IMG/VR virus record: IMGVR_UViG_3300021978_000001
Coordinates: 288,001 to 352,000 of that record
Reading direction: 5' to 3' (one strand)
Source: a virus
Taxonomy: Duplodnaviria; Caudoviricetes
DNA: 64,000 bases
The notes beneath the pieces were generated by a model. The model was given only the letters and a program-made list of their open reading frames with translations, did not search any database and had not been told where the DNA came from. Made by a program: the position numbers and the translations under genes. This document shows, in pieces, positions 1-8,975 of the stretch. The number at the start of each line of letters is the position of its first letter. Position 1 is the stretch's first letter.

Positions 1-1202
1 CTCGGGAGCGTCACGCCCATGACGCGACGCAGGATGCTTTCACGTTCGTGTGGTGCGTAGCGATCCATCCAGTCTTCGGCGGTGATGGTCAGGTGCTCTG
101 TGCGGTATCGCCCCTCTTCGCGACACATGATGTGGATGCCACGCAACCAGTCTTCGCAGCGTCGGTGCGAGAAGTTGATGGGGAGGTGCTCGGTCTCTGC
201 CATTTCGCGAAGCTGCGTGCAGACTTTCATGACCAGCTTGAAGGGTTCTGTCGAGAACTTGGCGAGTTCGGGGAACTTGTCCAGGAGGATCTTCTCCTCT
301 TCCTTCGGAGTCATGTAGGGGTATTCGATGAACACGTTGAAGCGGTCGAGGATAGCATCATCCATCATCTGCACGGAATCATACGTGCCTGCATCATCGC
401 CACGTCCGCGCGAGTTTGCGGTCGCCACGATGAGCGTATCCGGGTGCATGGTGATGTCATCGCCAAGCTCCTGGACGTAAACCTTGCGCGCGTTACGGTC
501 GAGCGCGTGTCGAAACAGCTCGTGGTACGTCGAGGGCGCGCGGTCAATGTCATCGACCAGGATAACGACGCCACGACGCACACCATCCTTCCCCACGTGT
601 CCTTCGAGCGCCTTGAGGAGCTTACCAGGGACGAACGTGGTGATGTTTTGCTTGGTCTCGGGGTCAATTACAATCTCGCGCTGTCCGAGGAAGGTCGCAG
701 GGTCGAGGTCTTCACGCATTTCGACGTGCAGGAACTCGCGGTTGGTCCGGTGTGCAATCTCGCGCACCACGGTGGTCTTGCCTGTCCCCGCTGCGCCATA
801 GATGAAGGGTTGCATCTTGTACTTGATTCCACGCGCGATACGCATAGCAGCAGCGCCAGCCTTGCCTTGTGTGGGGAAGCAATACCCTGGTGTGCCGTGC
901 GCGGGACGCAGGAGAACATCACGGTTGACGTTTTCTGCGGGAATGAGCACGTCTCCGACCTTTGCATAGCCTTTTTGCGAGAGGGGAGCCTTGCGCTTGA
1001 CATCGAGCGCGTAGAAGGCTTCCCACACGTCAGGAGCGAACAGGTTGGTGTTCGCTCCGTGGCTTTCGAGATAGGCGGGGAGGTCTTCACGATCTATCTC
1101 ATCGAGCACACTGATACAGGTTTTGCCTGTATTGCCGTTGACGGCCAGGTCATTCTTGAAGTGGATGCGTGACCCGGTGGAGGTCTTGATGCGTCGTCCC
1201 AT
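1..1202 (-). CDS. MoxR/CobS/CbbQ-like AAA+ ATPase (3' end runs off window)
   Basis: Manually translated from ATG 1202 (MGRRIKTSTG...), open to the window edge. Walker A YGAAGTGKT, Walker B VILVDDIDRA, sensor ATANSRG, arginine-finger DAILDRF. Not in the ORF track. Confidence 0.85.
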   Translation of the reverse strand, partial: MGRRIKTSTGSRIHFKNDLAVNGNTGKTCISVLDEIDREDLPAYLESHGANTNLFAPDVWEAFYALDVKRKAPLSQKGYAKVGDVLIPAENVNRDVLLRPAHGTPGYCFPTQGKAGAAAMRIARGIKYKMQPFIYGAAGTGKTTVVREIAHRTNREFLHVEMREDLDPATFLGQREIVIDPETKQNITTFVPGKLLKALEGHVGKDGVRRGVVILVDDIDRAPSTYHELFRHALDRNARKVYVQELGDDITMHPDTLIVATANSRGRGDDAGTYDSVQMMDDAILDRFNVFIEYPYMTPKEEEKILLDKFPELAKFSTEPFKLVMKVCTQLREMAETEHLPINFSHRRCEDWLRGIHIMCREEGRYRTEHLTITAEDWMDRYAPHERESILRRVMGVTLP

Positions 1203-1247
1203 GATGTAACCTCATGTTGGTTGGTGTCGTCAATGTCGTACCAACAC

Positions 1248-1276
1248 GTGTTACCATAAAGAGCACCTAGCGTAAA
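1248..1276 (-). promoter_or_regulatory. Early-type promoter for the AAA+ gene
   Basis: TTTACG-17nt(ending TATGG)-TAACAC on minus strand; matches the repeated promoter consensus. Confidence 0.7.
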
Positions 1277-1352
1277 ACAAAAAACCCGCCAACCTTGGGG
1301 ACCTGGAGGGAGAGCCAGGACACCGAGGCGGCGGGTTCGGGCCGAACCACGT
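1276..1352 (-). terminator. Long nested hairpin / intrinsic terminator
   Basis: AACCCGCC/GGCGGGTT outer stem, inner CCTGG/CCAGG stem, U-run on minus strand; directly after stop of 1359..2351. Confidence 0.6.
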
Positions 1353-1358
1353 TTGTGA

Positions 1359-2351
1359 TCAGCGCATCTGGAGGTCCTGGAGGACCGATTCGATCTCGGG
1401 GTACATGCCGACCAGGATCTTGCGCAGGTTCTTGAGGCGGTTGTTAAACTTCACCTTGTTGGAGTTGCGCGTGTTGGTGTCGAGAGGTTCATCGAAACCG
1501 AGCGCTTGCCACAGGGGCATGCGTCCGCGTTGGCCTGTCTTGGGGTCCATCGCGTTGATCGTCACTTCGAGCAGTTCATTGGCGGTAGCAGCGGGATCTT
1601 GCATGTAGGCGTCGAAGATGTGTGCGTAGTCGTCATCACGCTTCTGCAACTTGTCTTGGATACGACGCACAAGGTCAGTCAAGACTGGGTTGCGGCGAGA
1701 CATGCTCATCCAGTTGCCCATCATGTCCTTCGTGATCCCGTCGAGCGTGAAGAGGCTCTCGAAGAGGCGCCCTTTGCCTGCGGCTTCGGGGTCTGCGTCG
1801 CCGCTATCGAAACCACTGTCCGGGTTCACGCGCACCATCTCGGTACGAAGCATGTTGTATGCTTTGTTTTGCGTGAACTTTCCGAGCGTGGCTTCCATAC
1901 GCGCCTTGTCATAACCTTCGCGCGCCCACGCTTCGATCTCTCCCAGGATATTGTTGCGCCAGTCCCCCGTTTCACGGATGGTGTTCACGCGCTTGCCTGC
2001 GAGCATGTCGGTAAACAGTTCAGCAACGAAGTCTTCCTGATCCATGGATTTGGGGACGTACTTGCGCGAGTTACGCACGATCACCTTCCCCCAATCGACC
2101 TTGGGTACGGGAGGGAGCCCATCCGCCTGGAGGCGGCGGTCAATGCCTTCTCGCTGAATCAGCGAGTTGATGGCTTGAGTCAGATCACGCGCTGAATAGG
2201 CGCGAATGTTGCGCGAGGCGCGACGTTCGATGTGCGCGGTGTCATGGAAGATACGCGCCATCGCAACAATCGCACGAAACTCCAGGGGGGTTGCGGATGC
2301 GTAAATGCTGCGTTGAGCGCTGCGCAGGTAACTTGCGAGGCGGTTGCTCAT
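1359..2351 (-). CDS. Divergent sigma-factor-like protein
   Basis: 330 aa; QEDFVAELFTDML and LGKFTQNKAYNMLR resemble sigma70 region 2; C-terminal KVKFNNRLKNLRKIL resembles end of region 4. Confidence 0.45.
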   Translation of the reverse strand: MSNRLASYLRSAQRSIYASATPLEFRAIVAMARIFHDTAHIERRASRNIRAYSARDLTQAINSLIQREGIDRRLQADGLPPVPKVDWGKVIVRNSRKYVPKSMDQEDFVAELFTDMLAGKRVNTIRETGDWRNNILGEIEAWAREGYDKARMEATLGKFTQNKAYNMLRTEMVRVNPDSGFDSGDADPEAAGKGRLFESLFTLDGITKDMMGNWMSMSRRNPVLTDLVRRIQDKLQKRDDDYAHIFDAYMQDPAATANELLEVTINAMDPKTGQRGRMPLWQALGFDEPLDTNTRNSNKVKFNNRLKNLRKILVGMYPEIESVLQDLQMR

Positions 2352-2375
2352 GGGTAAGCTCCAGGGTGTGTAGGT

Positions 2376-3077
2376 TCAATCGGCGGGGAGCCAATCGCGG
2401 GTCAGAGGGATACGTGCGTCGAGTTCGATGTGTCCGTGATCAATCGCGTAGATGAAGTCATTGAACCAGGCACAATAGCGGTCGATGCGTGTGGCGCCAT
2501 ACGCGATCAGGCGCCATGGGTTGTTGTCCGTCTTCCGTACTGAACCTGCGTTGTATGCCGAACAAATCAACACGGGATCACGCCCATACCGTTCGGTCTG
2601 GTGCGCCATGTATGCAGCACCCAACAGGATCGAGTAGAAAGAATCGAACAGGAGCGCGCGGTTGACCATGCCGGGATCGAGCAGGTAGTATTTCCTCGCC
2701 ATGCTTCGTGCGGTGGAGATCAACGTTTGCATCAATCCAGGAGATACACGATGTGGGGTCTGCTCGTCCGAGATATAACCTGGCTCTTCGCGCACCGATT
2801 GGGGGTCGTAATGTCCGTTCGAGAGGCGCCTGGCTTCGATCGGGATCATCGCGACGATCACGTCCGCAGGGACGTTCAGTTCGGCACAGGCATATTGGAT
2901 GTCCTCGCCAAAGTCCTCCCACAGTGTCATGACCGTGGTAGGTGTACCCTTGGTGCGGAAGTATCCCCGATCACGGGTTTCGATTCCCGTATCGGTGATG
3001 CGCCACTCCCTACCGCCATATCTGCTGTGCCATTCGTGCATCGTGAGTCTCGTGGGGTTTTTGTTTCTATAACCCAT
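2376..3077 (-). CDS. Lytic transglycosylase (SLT domain)
   Basis: Catalytic IPIEA, SPGLMQTL, SILLGAAYM, AYNAG motifs. Confidence 0.9.
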   Translation of the reverse strand: MGYRNKNPTRLTMHEWHSRYGGREWRITDTGIETRDRGYFRTKGTPTTVMTLWEDFGEDIQYACAELNVPADVIVAMIPIEARRLSNGHYDPQSVREEPGYISDEQTPHRVSPGLMQTLISTARSMARKYYLLDPGMVNRALLFDSFYSILLGAAYMAHQTERYGRDPVLICSAYNAGSVRKTDNNPWRLIAYGATRIDRYCAWFNDFIYAIDHGHIELDARIPLTRDWLPAD

Positions 3078-3120
3078 GTTCAAAGACGGTACCTATAAGC
3101 ACAATATCGGAGGGTAGACG

Positions 3121-3543
3121 ATGCACAACCTGGAACAGAACGACTCTTCTTTTGACACATACATCACTCTTGAGGAAGCACTCGCGCTCGCGCCCGAGCG
3201 GTTCGTGAACTCTCACCAGGTGCTCTTCTGGATACGAGATACGCTGATCAGGGATACACCCTTTCGTTACGCGGATGTATATCAGCTCGTGCGTGATCTG
3301 GACGAGCTGGCATCTGGAGGGTTCGAGTGGAGCGGGCATACCTTGCGCAAGACACTCTCCTGGTTCAAGAGGTCCGGGCATATCAAGGTGATGGATGACT
3401 ACCACAAAGACCCTTCACAGCATGTGTACATCTGGACTTTGTACTACCAAAGACGCCTGGATCACGTGAGATCACGGAAAAACCAGGTAGGCGATAGGGC
3501 GCATAGAGCCTGGAGAAGCGCGCTGTCGGGAGAGAAATCTTGA
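3121..3543 (+). CDS. Hypothetical protein, possible winged-helix DNA-binding
   Basis: RBS GGAGGG; helical pattern ending TLRKTLSWFKRSGHI. Confidence 0.6.
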   Translation: MHNLEQNDSSFDTYITLEEALALAPERFVNSHQVLFWIRDTLIRDTPFRYADVYQLVRDLDELASGGFEWSGHTLRKTLSWFKRSGHIKVMDDYHKDPSQHVYIWTLYYQRRLDHVRSRKNQVGDRAHRAWRSALSGEKS

Positions 3544-3551
3544 AGAAAGTT

Positions 3552-3580
3552 TTTACGCCCCTCATACCTTGTGGTATCGG
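3552..3580 (+). promoter_or_regulatory. Early-type promoter with conserved AAGTGTACG leader
   Basis: TTTACG-17-(TTGTGG)TATCGG then TAAGTGTACGGAACGA. Confidence 0.8.
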
Positions 3581-3637
3581 TAAGTGTACGGAACGAGAGA
3601 CGACAACAACCCGGCACGAAACAATATGAGGGACATC

Positions 3638-3958
3638 ATGACGAACCTTACCGCTACCGCTACCGATTGCACCAAAGTCAACTACTACTTCTCCTCCAAC
3701 AAGGGCCGCTACTCGTGGGAATGCGCCTGCGGCGAACTTCACCGCACCGCGCAGAGCGCGGTCAAGTGCTCCAAATGTCGCCAGTACGTGGCGGACGCCC
3801 CCCGCACCGCGACTCACGTCCTCTTCGGCGTGACGCTCTCCGCAGAGATGGTCCGCTACGGTCACGCTCTCATGGAAGAGCCTGTCCAGGTCTTCGCCTC
3901 GGAAGAGGCGTTCCGCGCGGCTCAGAAGAACGCCCACACCAACCAGCGCTTCGCCTGA
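3638..3958 (+). CDS. Hypothetical Cys-rich (Zn-binding?) protein
   Basis: CxC and CxxC motifs (ECACG, KCSKC); follows promoter and RBS GAGGGA. Confidence 0.75.
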   Translation: MTNLTATATDCTKVNYYFSSNKGRYSWECACGELHRTAQSAVKCSKCRQYVADAPRTATHVLFGVTLSAEMVRYGHALMEEPVQVFASEEAFRAAQKNAHTNQRFA

Positions 3959-4012
3959 ACGGCGGCGCTCCGCCCGAGCTTTCCACTCACGCTTTGATAC
4001 GAGGATAAGACC

Positions 4013-4300
4013 ATGACGGATTTTCAGACCACGCAAGAACTCGCCACGAAACTCTACAAAGCTGCCTCCTCGAACGTCCAACAGCGCGCGACGCGCTACT
4101 ACAAGGCGCACAAGGTCGAAGACCTCGAATTGAGCGAGGGCGTCTTGACCGCCAAGGTTCGCGGCCAGGAGTTGTACGAGGTGTCTGTGGACTTCAACAC
4201 GCGTAAGAGGCGCTGTACGTGCCCGGCCCATAAGTACCAGCGTGGTCAAGCCTGCAAGCACGTCCTCGCTGCACTCAAGCCCTTTCAGGAGGCGAACTGA
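4013..4300 (+). CDS. SWIM zinc-finger protein
   Basis: AKVRGQELYEV...CTCP...CKHVLA (CxC-x9-CKH). Confidence 0.9.
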   Translation: MTDFQTTQELATKLYKAASSNVQQRATRYYKAHKVEDLELSEGVLTAKVRGQELYEVSVDFNTRKRRCTCPAHKYQRGQACKHVLAALKPFQEAN

Positions 4301-4757
4301 GGTAGTCTTCTGCTAGAGAGCGAAGACGAGCCTTGAGCTGATTCACTTGGTAAAGGGTCATGTCCATACACTCGCAGATCTCGCTGCGAGTGTAGCCCAT
4401 GGCGAGCAAGACATAGACACGGCGCGGTTCGATGTCGTCGAGGTCCAGGGTCTCGCGCAGGTAGGTTTTGAAGGTGCGACCCTGGCCCTTGTGTGTGTGG
4501 AAGGTGTCTTGCAAAACATCTTCTGCTTCGGTGCGTTTCTGCGCGCCGTAGTAGCGCATGCGTGTCACCCACACGGAACGGCACACGCGATTGACGAATG
4601 CTGCGACCTCTCCGCGCTTGGGATCATACAGATGCTTGACCTCGACCAGACGCACCCAGATGTCTTGTGCCATGTCCTCGGGTTCCGAGTCCTTGGCGAG
4701 CCAGGATCGCATGGTTTGCGTGATCACGTCATGTTGTGCGGTGAGGTCGAGCATCAT
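4275..4757 (-). CDS. ECF-type RNA polymerase sigma factor
   Basis: EDMAQDIWVRL, YDPKRG, AFVNRVCR (region 2); GYTRSEICECMDMTLYQVNQLKARLR (region 4 HTH). Confidence 0.85.
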   Translation of the reverse strand: MMLDLTAQHDVITQTMRSWLAKDSEPEDMAQDIWVRLVEVKHLYDPKRGEVAAFVNRVCRSVWVTRMRYYGAQKRTEAEDVLQDTFHTHKGQGRTFKTYLRETLDLDDIEPRRVYVLLAMGYTRSEICECMDMTLYQVNQLKARLRSLAEDYLSSPPERA

Positions 4758-5257
4758 TCCACATTAGCCAGGTTCACGCAGGATGCTTTGCAGCGGTCCT
4801 CATTGCAGCTTTCGATACGAACCATCACGTCCATGTCTTGAACGTAGAACACACGACGATCCGGGTGGTTGGCCATGTCCAGGCGTCCGGTGAAGCGGCG
4901 CTCTTCTCCAAGCCTGTAACCCACATAGAGTGCATTGCCATCTTGCTTGTGGATGTCGATTTGAATCGCATCATCACAAGGCAAGGGTGCTTCGGTGCCT
5001 GTGATCTCGAAGCGTTCGAGCTTGGGGAAACTCGTCAGGCATCCATTGAGTGTGTCGGTCTTGTCGATGAGCGCTTCTTCGACTTCCGAGACATGCTTCT
5101 GACATGCAGCCAGGTCTTGACTCAAGTCGGGTCCTGCATCTGCCGTTGTTCCCTGATCAGCGCATGTGTCTGGACAGGAAAGGTCAGGCGTGTCTGGTGT
5201 GGTAGGTCGGCAAGCGCTCAGGCTCAGTAGCAGCGTGATCAGCAGTAGGTGCTTCAT
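4754..5257 (-). CDS. Lipoprotein
   Basis: MKHLLLITLLLSLSAC signal peptide with lipobox; Cys-rich mature part. Confidence 0.8.
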   Translation of the reverse strand: MKHLLLITLLLSLSACRPTTPDTPDLSCPDTCADQGTTADAGPDLSQDLAACQKHVSEVEEALIDKTDTLNGCLTSFPKLERFEITGTEAPLPCDDAIQIDIHKQDGNALYVGYRLGEERRFTGRLDMANHPDRRVFYVQDMDVMVRIESCNEDRCKASCVNLANVE

Positions 5258-5273
5258 GGTTCTCTCTTTGGTG

Positions 5274-5663
5274 TTAAAGGTCATACTTTGTACGTGTGGC
5301 GTCCCAGTACCATTGTTCACGAAGATCCTCGCCTATCACAGCGTAGACGCGGTTTAGATAATGCCTCATATCGTGAGGATCGTCAAGATCCAGGGGGCCA
5401 AACACCGCGCCGATCACCTGGACTTCGTTGGCATTCCAGTTCTCTGTGTAGCGGTAGTCCCTGGTGCGTCTCGTGCCGTCGAGCTTGATGGTGTAGCCAT
5501 ACCATGTCTCGATCTCGACAAAGGTCCTGGTGGGTGACCAGAGACCCAATACGAGATCCATGGTGCAAATGGAAGCGGTTCGTGGCCCGAACATGGTTTG
5601 CGCGCGCACCGCGACCACGAGATCGCCATGCAGGTAGCGTGAGCAAGGTACAATAAGAGGCAT
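5274..5663 (-). CDS. Hypothetical protein
   Basis: Part of minus-strand operon 6478 to 4275; start uncertain. Confidence 0.6.
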   Translation of the reverse strand: MPLIVPCSRYLHGDLVVAVRAQTMFGPRTASICTMDLVLGLWSPTRTFVEIETWYGYTIKLDGTRRTRDYRYTENWNANEVQVIGAVFGPLDLDDPHDMRHYLNRVYAVIGEDLREQWYWDATRTKYDL

Positions 5664-5726
5664 GGTCCCGGATCTCTCAAGTGAAGGGTCATGCACTTCC
5701 ACACAGAGACCAGGTTTTATCGAAAC

Positions 5727-6110
5727 TTAATTGCTTGTGAGGTACAACCGCGCCAGCAGATAGACGAGACCCGGCTCGATCTCAGGCAGCGTTCCTTCGC
5801 CTGTATAGAGAAAGAGCGCGCCACCATCACGCTTGAAGTGATGCTTGAGCTGGCGGCCTTTCTGGAGACCCCCTTGTATGGTCTTGCGCAAGGTTTCCTT
5901 GGTTTCGACGACCCACACACCGTGTTCGCTTTTCGGGATAGAGATCGCGATGCGCGTGGGATGTACTTCAGCAAGCTCTCCGCAAATCACGGTGGCTTTA
6001 TTGAGTATCATGGTATCCCGTAGCAAGTAGACAGGTTGACCCACCTCGATCTTCCTGCCATGCGTGATACGCTTGAAGTTGAAGTGGTAAGGGAGGTAGT
6101 TGATGAGCAT
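5727..6110 (-). CDS. Hypothetical protein (MLINY start)
   Basis: RBS GAGG; operon context. Confidence 0.7.
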   Translation of the reverse strand: MLINYLPYHFNFKRITHGRKIEVGQPVYLLRDTMILNKATVICGELAEVHPTRIAISIPKSEHGVWVVETKETLRKTIQGGLQKGRQLKHHFKRDGGALFLYTGEGTLPEIEPGLVYLLARLYLTSN

Positions 6111-6478
6111 AACATGGCCTCGGGTAGTGCAGGTGGGGTGAGGAAGAGCTGTTGATGGTTGAGCGGCAGCGCGATGGTTTCGAGGATCATGCGTTGAAAA
6201 CGCTCATCTGTCAGGATGAGATCGAGGATCGTTACATCTGCTGCGGTAAAGCATAACATCCTCATCGTGCGGACATCTGCCCAGTGTAGATACTTTATCC
6301 TGTGCTTCGTGACGAGTCCCAGCCAGGAGTCATCATGGTTGCAATACGCGGTCATCCATTGCGCCCCCTTTCGAGGGTCTGCATATACGAACGCCACGAG
6401 CATCCCATGCTTCGGAACATCTTCAGCGCTTCGCGTGATGATGACGCTTTCCAGATAGTGAAACGCATTGATGAGCAT
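6008..6478 (-). CDS. Hypothetical protein (MLINAF start)
   Basis: First gene after promoter 6535-6563; overlaps next gene by about 100 nt. Confidence 0.65.
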   Translation of the reverse strand: MLINAFHYLESVIITRSAEDVPKHGMLVAFVYADPRKGAQWMTAYCNHDDSWLGLVTKHRIKYLHWADVRTMRMLCFTAADVTILDLILTDERFQRMILETIALPLNHQQLFLTPPALPEAMLCSSTTSLTTSTSSVSRMAGRSRWVNLSTCYGIP

Positions 6479-6534
6479 GCACAAGCCCTTGAGTAATAGC
6501 CTTGTATTTTGGTCCCTTCGATACACTTCTCTCT

Positions 6535-6563
6535 TTAGTACCACAAGGAAGCACTCATGTCAA
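6535..6563 (-). promoter_or_regulatory. Early-type promoter
   Basis: TTGACA-17(ending TTGTGG)-TACTAA. Confidence 0.75.
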
Positions 6564-7138
6564 AAGTATCCCAAGCAAAGGTCGAAGAAATCCTGTCTGC
6601 AATCCAGGAAGCCAACCCCGAGTTCAAGTTCGTGGGTCGTGATCAGGAAGGATGGCATCGTCTGGATTGGCAGCTCTGGACGGTGTGGGTGGGATTGAAG
6701 ATCATGGGGCTCTTTAACCCCACGTTTGTCAAGCGTTGGAATGAACGCTACGTGGCGGTGACCTCGCGGCATATGCTGTTCCCCACAAAGCCCACAGACT
6801 TTTCTGATTTCCATCGCTACGTGACCTTGAGGCACGAGTACATCCATATCCGTGACCGGCAAAAACATCCCCTGTGGTTCCCGTTCAGCTATGTGATGGT
6901 GCTCCCCCTGGTATGGACCATGCGTTCCCACTGGGAGCTTCGAGGGTATACCGCGAACATGGTGGTCGAGTTCGAGGAACGTGGTCATGTCAGCGATGCG
7001 ACGCTCGACCATATCGAGAAGCAGTTTACGACAGACCGCTACCTGTGGATGTGGCCTTTCAAGAAGAGAGTGCGCGCTTGCCTCGAAGACTTGCGCCAGA
7101 AGGTCCTGTCTGGAGAGATCAGCGGACTTTATTTCTAA
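6557..7138 (+). CDS. HExxH (zincin-like) protein
   Basis: LRHEYIH followed by RSHWELRGY. Confidence 0.7.
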   Translation: MSKVSQAKVEEILSAIQEANPEFKFVGRDQEGWHRLDWQLWTVWVGLKIMGLFNPTFVKRWNERYVAVTSRHMLFPTKPTDFSDFHRYVTLRHEYIHIRDRQKHPLWFPFSYVMVLPLVWTMRSHWELRGYTANMVVEFEERGHVSDATLDHIEKQFTTDRYLWMWPFKKRVRACLEDLRQKVLSGEISGLYF

Positions 7139-7151
7139 AGCGCGGAATATC

Positions 7152-7180
7152 TTGACTTCTTGCGAGGCTTAGGGTACCAC
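7152..7180 (+). promoter_or_regulatory. Promoter of Ro60 gene
   Basis: TTGACT-17-TACCAC. Confidence 0.7.
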
Positions 7181-7188
7181 TGCACGCA

Positions 7189-7242
7189 ATGCAAACGACG
7201 TTACCTTGTTCGTGGTTGTCACGAGCTGCTGATCGTTTGCAT
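7189..7242 (+). ncRNA. Structured 5' leader RNA of Ro60 gene (candidate cis-regulatory or Ro ligand)
   Basis: Perfect 10-bp stem ATGCAAACGA/TCGTTTGCAT enclosing hairpin TCGTG-GTTGT-CACGA. Confidence 0.5.
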
Positions 7243-7264
7243 CCACACGAGTAGAGGTATCCTT

Positions 7265-8911
7265 ATGGATTATGGGAAGTATCTGGCGGACCGCAACAAC
7301 ACGCCACAGACGGAAGCGATCCCTGGCCGTGAAGCGGACATGGCCAAGAACAACGCGGGCGGGGTATCGTTTACGATTACGCCTTGGCAACAGCTCAACC
7401 GTTTCCTGATTCTCGGGAGCGAGGGTGGTTCGTACTACGCGACTGAGCGCACCATGACGCTCGACAACATCAAGTGTCTCCAGGAGTGCTTGAAGCTCGA
7501 TGGTGAGCGCGTCGTGCGTGAGGCTGTCGAGATCTCCAAGTCGGGACGCGCGGTCAAGAACGATGCTGCGATCTTCGCGCTGGCGATGGCCCTCAACCAT
7601 CGCGGCAAGGGGTACCAGTCGGGGCAGGACGCAGAAGTGGTGGTGCGCCGCGCTGCGCGTGAGGCGGTCCCTGAAGTGTGCCGCACGGGTACGCACCTCT
7701 TCCAGCTCGCGCAGTTCCTCAAGCCTTTCGGGACCTGGAGCAACGCGCAGCGTCGCGCCTTCGATAGCTGGTACCACGAGAAGTCGGAAGAGAACCTGGC
7801 TTACCAGCTCATCAAGTACCAGCAGCGCAACGGCTGGACGCACCGTGACATCTTGCGTCGTGCGCACACGGCACCTCGCAGCGAGACGCAAAATGCGCTC
7901 TTCCACTGGGCAGTGAAGGGTTGGGATGACATCGGCTCTGAGCCGCACCCCGATCCCGTCCTGTGCCGCGTGTGGGCGTTCGAGAAGGCCAAGCGTTCCG
8001 AGAGCGTCGCAGAGGTGGTCGAGTTGATCGACACTTACAACCTTCCGCGCGAGTGCATCCCTACCCAGATGCTCAATGACACCAAGATCTGGGAAGCGCT
8101 CTTGCAGAAGATGCCCATGACGGCGTTGATCCGTAACCTCGGGAAGATGTCGAGCCTCGGGATGTTGACGAACACGAATGAGAACACCAAGCTCATCGTC
8201 AACCGTCTCAACGATGAGGAGCGTCTCAAGCGTGCGCGCATTCACCCCATGAACGTGCTCAACGCGCTCAAGACGTACTCCTCGGGGCGCGGCTTCCGTG
8301 GCTCGAACACGTGGAACGTCGTGCCCAAGATCCTGGATGCGCTTGATGATGCGTTCTACAAGTCGTTTGACTTCGTGGAGCCCACGGGCAAGCGCATCTT
8401 GATCGGCGTGGATATTTCGGCGTCGATGACGATGAGCAAGGTGGCGGGTATGGCTGCGTTGACGCCTCGTGAGGCTGAAGCGGCGATGGCCATGACCATC
8501 ATGCGCACCGAGGAGAACTGGGAGGCGATGGCGTTCAGCACGAAGTTCACGCCGATGAAGCTCTCTCCCAAGCAGCGTCTCGATGATGTCTTGCGTGAGA
8601 TCGGCAGCTACCGTCATGGGGGCACGGATTGTTCGCTTCCCTTCACGTGGGCCAAGCAGAACAAGCGAGAGTTCGATGCCTTCATCGTGATGACGGACAA
8701 CGAGACCTATGCAGGGCGTCCTCACCCTTCGCAGGCGCTCAAGCAGTATCGCAAGGCGACGGGCATCCCTGCCCGTTCGGCGGTGCTCGCGTTCACTGCG
8801 ACGCGGTTCTCGATCGCGGACCCCGAGGATGCGGGCATGCTCGACATCACGGGATGTGACTCACAGGTGCCTCAACTCTTGAGCGCGTTCTTCCGTGGTG
8901 ACATGGGCTGA
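7265..8911 (+). CDS. rsr: Ro60/TROVE-domain RNA-binding protein with C-terminal vWA
   Basis: 548 aa; KNNAGGVSF, LNRFLILGSEGGSYY, CRTGTHLFQ, KYQQRNGWTHRDILR, MPMTALIRNLGKM, RIHPM; vWA MIDAS DISASM, GGTDCSLP, VMTDNET. Confidence 0.97.
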   Translation: MDYGKYLADRNNTPQTEAIPGREADMAKNNAGGVSFTITPWQQLNRFLILGSEGGSYYATERTMTLDNIKCLQECLKLDGERVVREAVEISKSGRAVKNDAAIFALAMALNHRGKGYQSGQDAEVVVRRAAREAVPEVCRTGTHLFQLAQFLKPFGTWSNAQRRAFDSWYHEKSEENLAYQLIKYQQRNGWTHRDILRRAHTAPRSETQNALFHWAVKGWDDIGSEPHPDPVLCRVWAFEKAKRSESVAEVVELIDTYNLPRECIPTQMLNDTKIWEALLQKMPMTALIRNLGKMSSLGMLTNTNENTKLIVNRLNDEERLKRARIHPMNVLNALKTYSSGRGFRGSNTWNVVPKILDALDDAFYKSFDFVEPTGKRILIGVDISASMTMSKVAGMAALTPREAEAAMAMTIMRTEENWEAMAFSTKFTPMKLSPKQRLDDVLREIGSYRHGGTDCSLPFTWAKQNKREFDAFIVMTDNETYAGRPHPSQALKQYRKATGIPARSAVLAFTATRFSIADPEDAGMLDITGCDSQVPQLLSAFFRGDMG

Positions 8912-8935
8912 TCGTTTTCCGAGAGTCGAGACCAC

Positions 8936-8975
8936 ACAGGGGTCTGGTATTTCCTAGCGAATACCAGACCCCTGT
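8936..8975. terminator. Perfect 16-bp hairpin after Ro60
   Basis: ACAGGGGTCTGGTATT-8nt-AATACCAGACCCCTGT; weak U-tract. Confidence 0.65.

Noticed and set aside
48-1172. 374-aa plus-strand ORF
   Set aside because: Antisense shadow of the AAA+ ATPase, which has clear motifs, RBS and promoter on the minus strand
1330-1352. tRNA (GGTTCG resembles a T-arm)
   Set aside because: No cloverleaf, acceptor stem or anticodon arm; no tRNA was found anywhere in the window by eye
7160-7264. N-terminal extension of Ro60 given in the ORF track
   Set aside because: Overlaps the promoter and leader; ATG 7265 has RBS GAGG and starts at the expected Ro N-terminus
7169-8725. 518-aa minus-strand ORF
   Set aside because: Shadow of Ro60 caused by GC-rich codon bias; the same applies to most other long overlapping ORFs in the track
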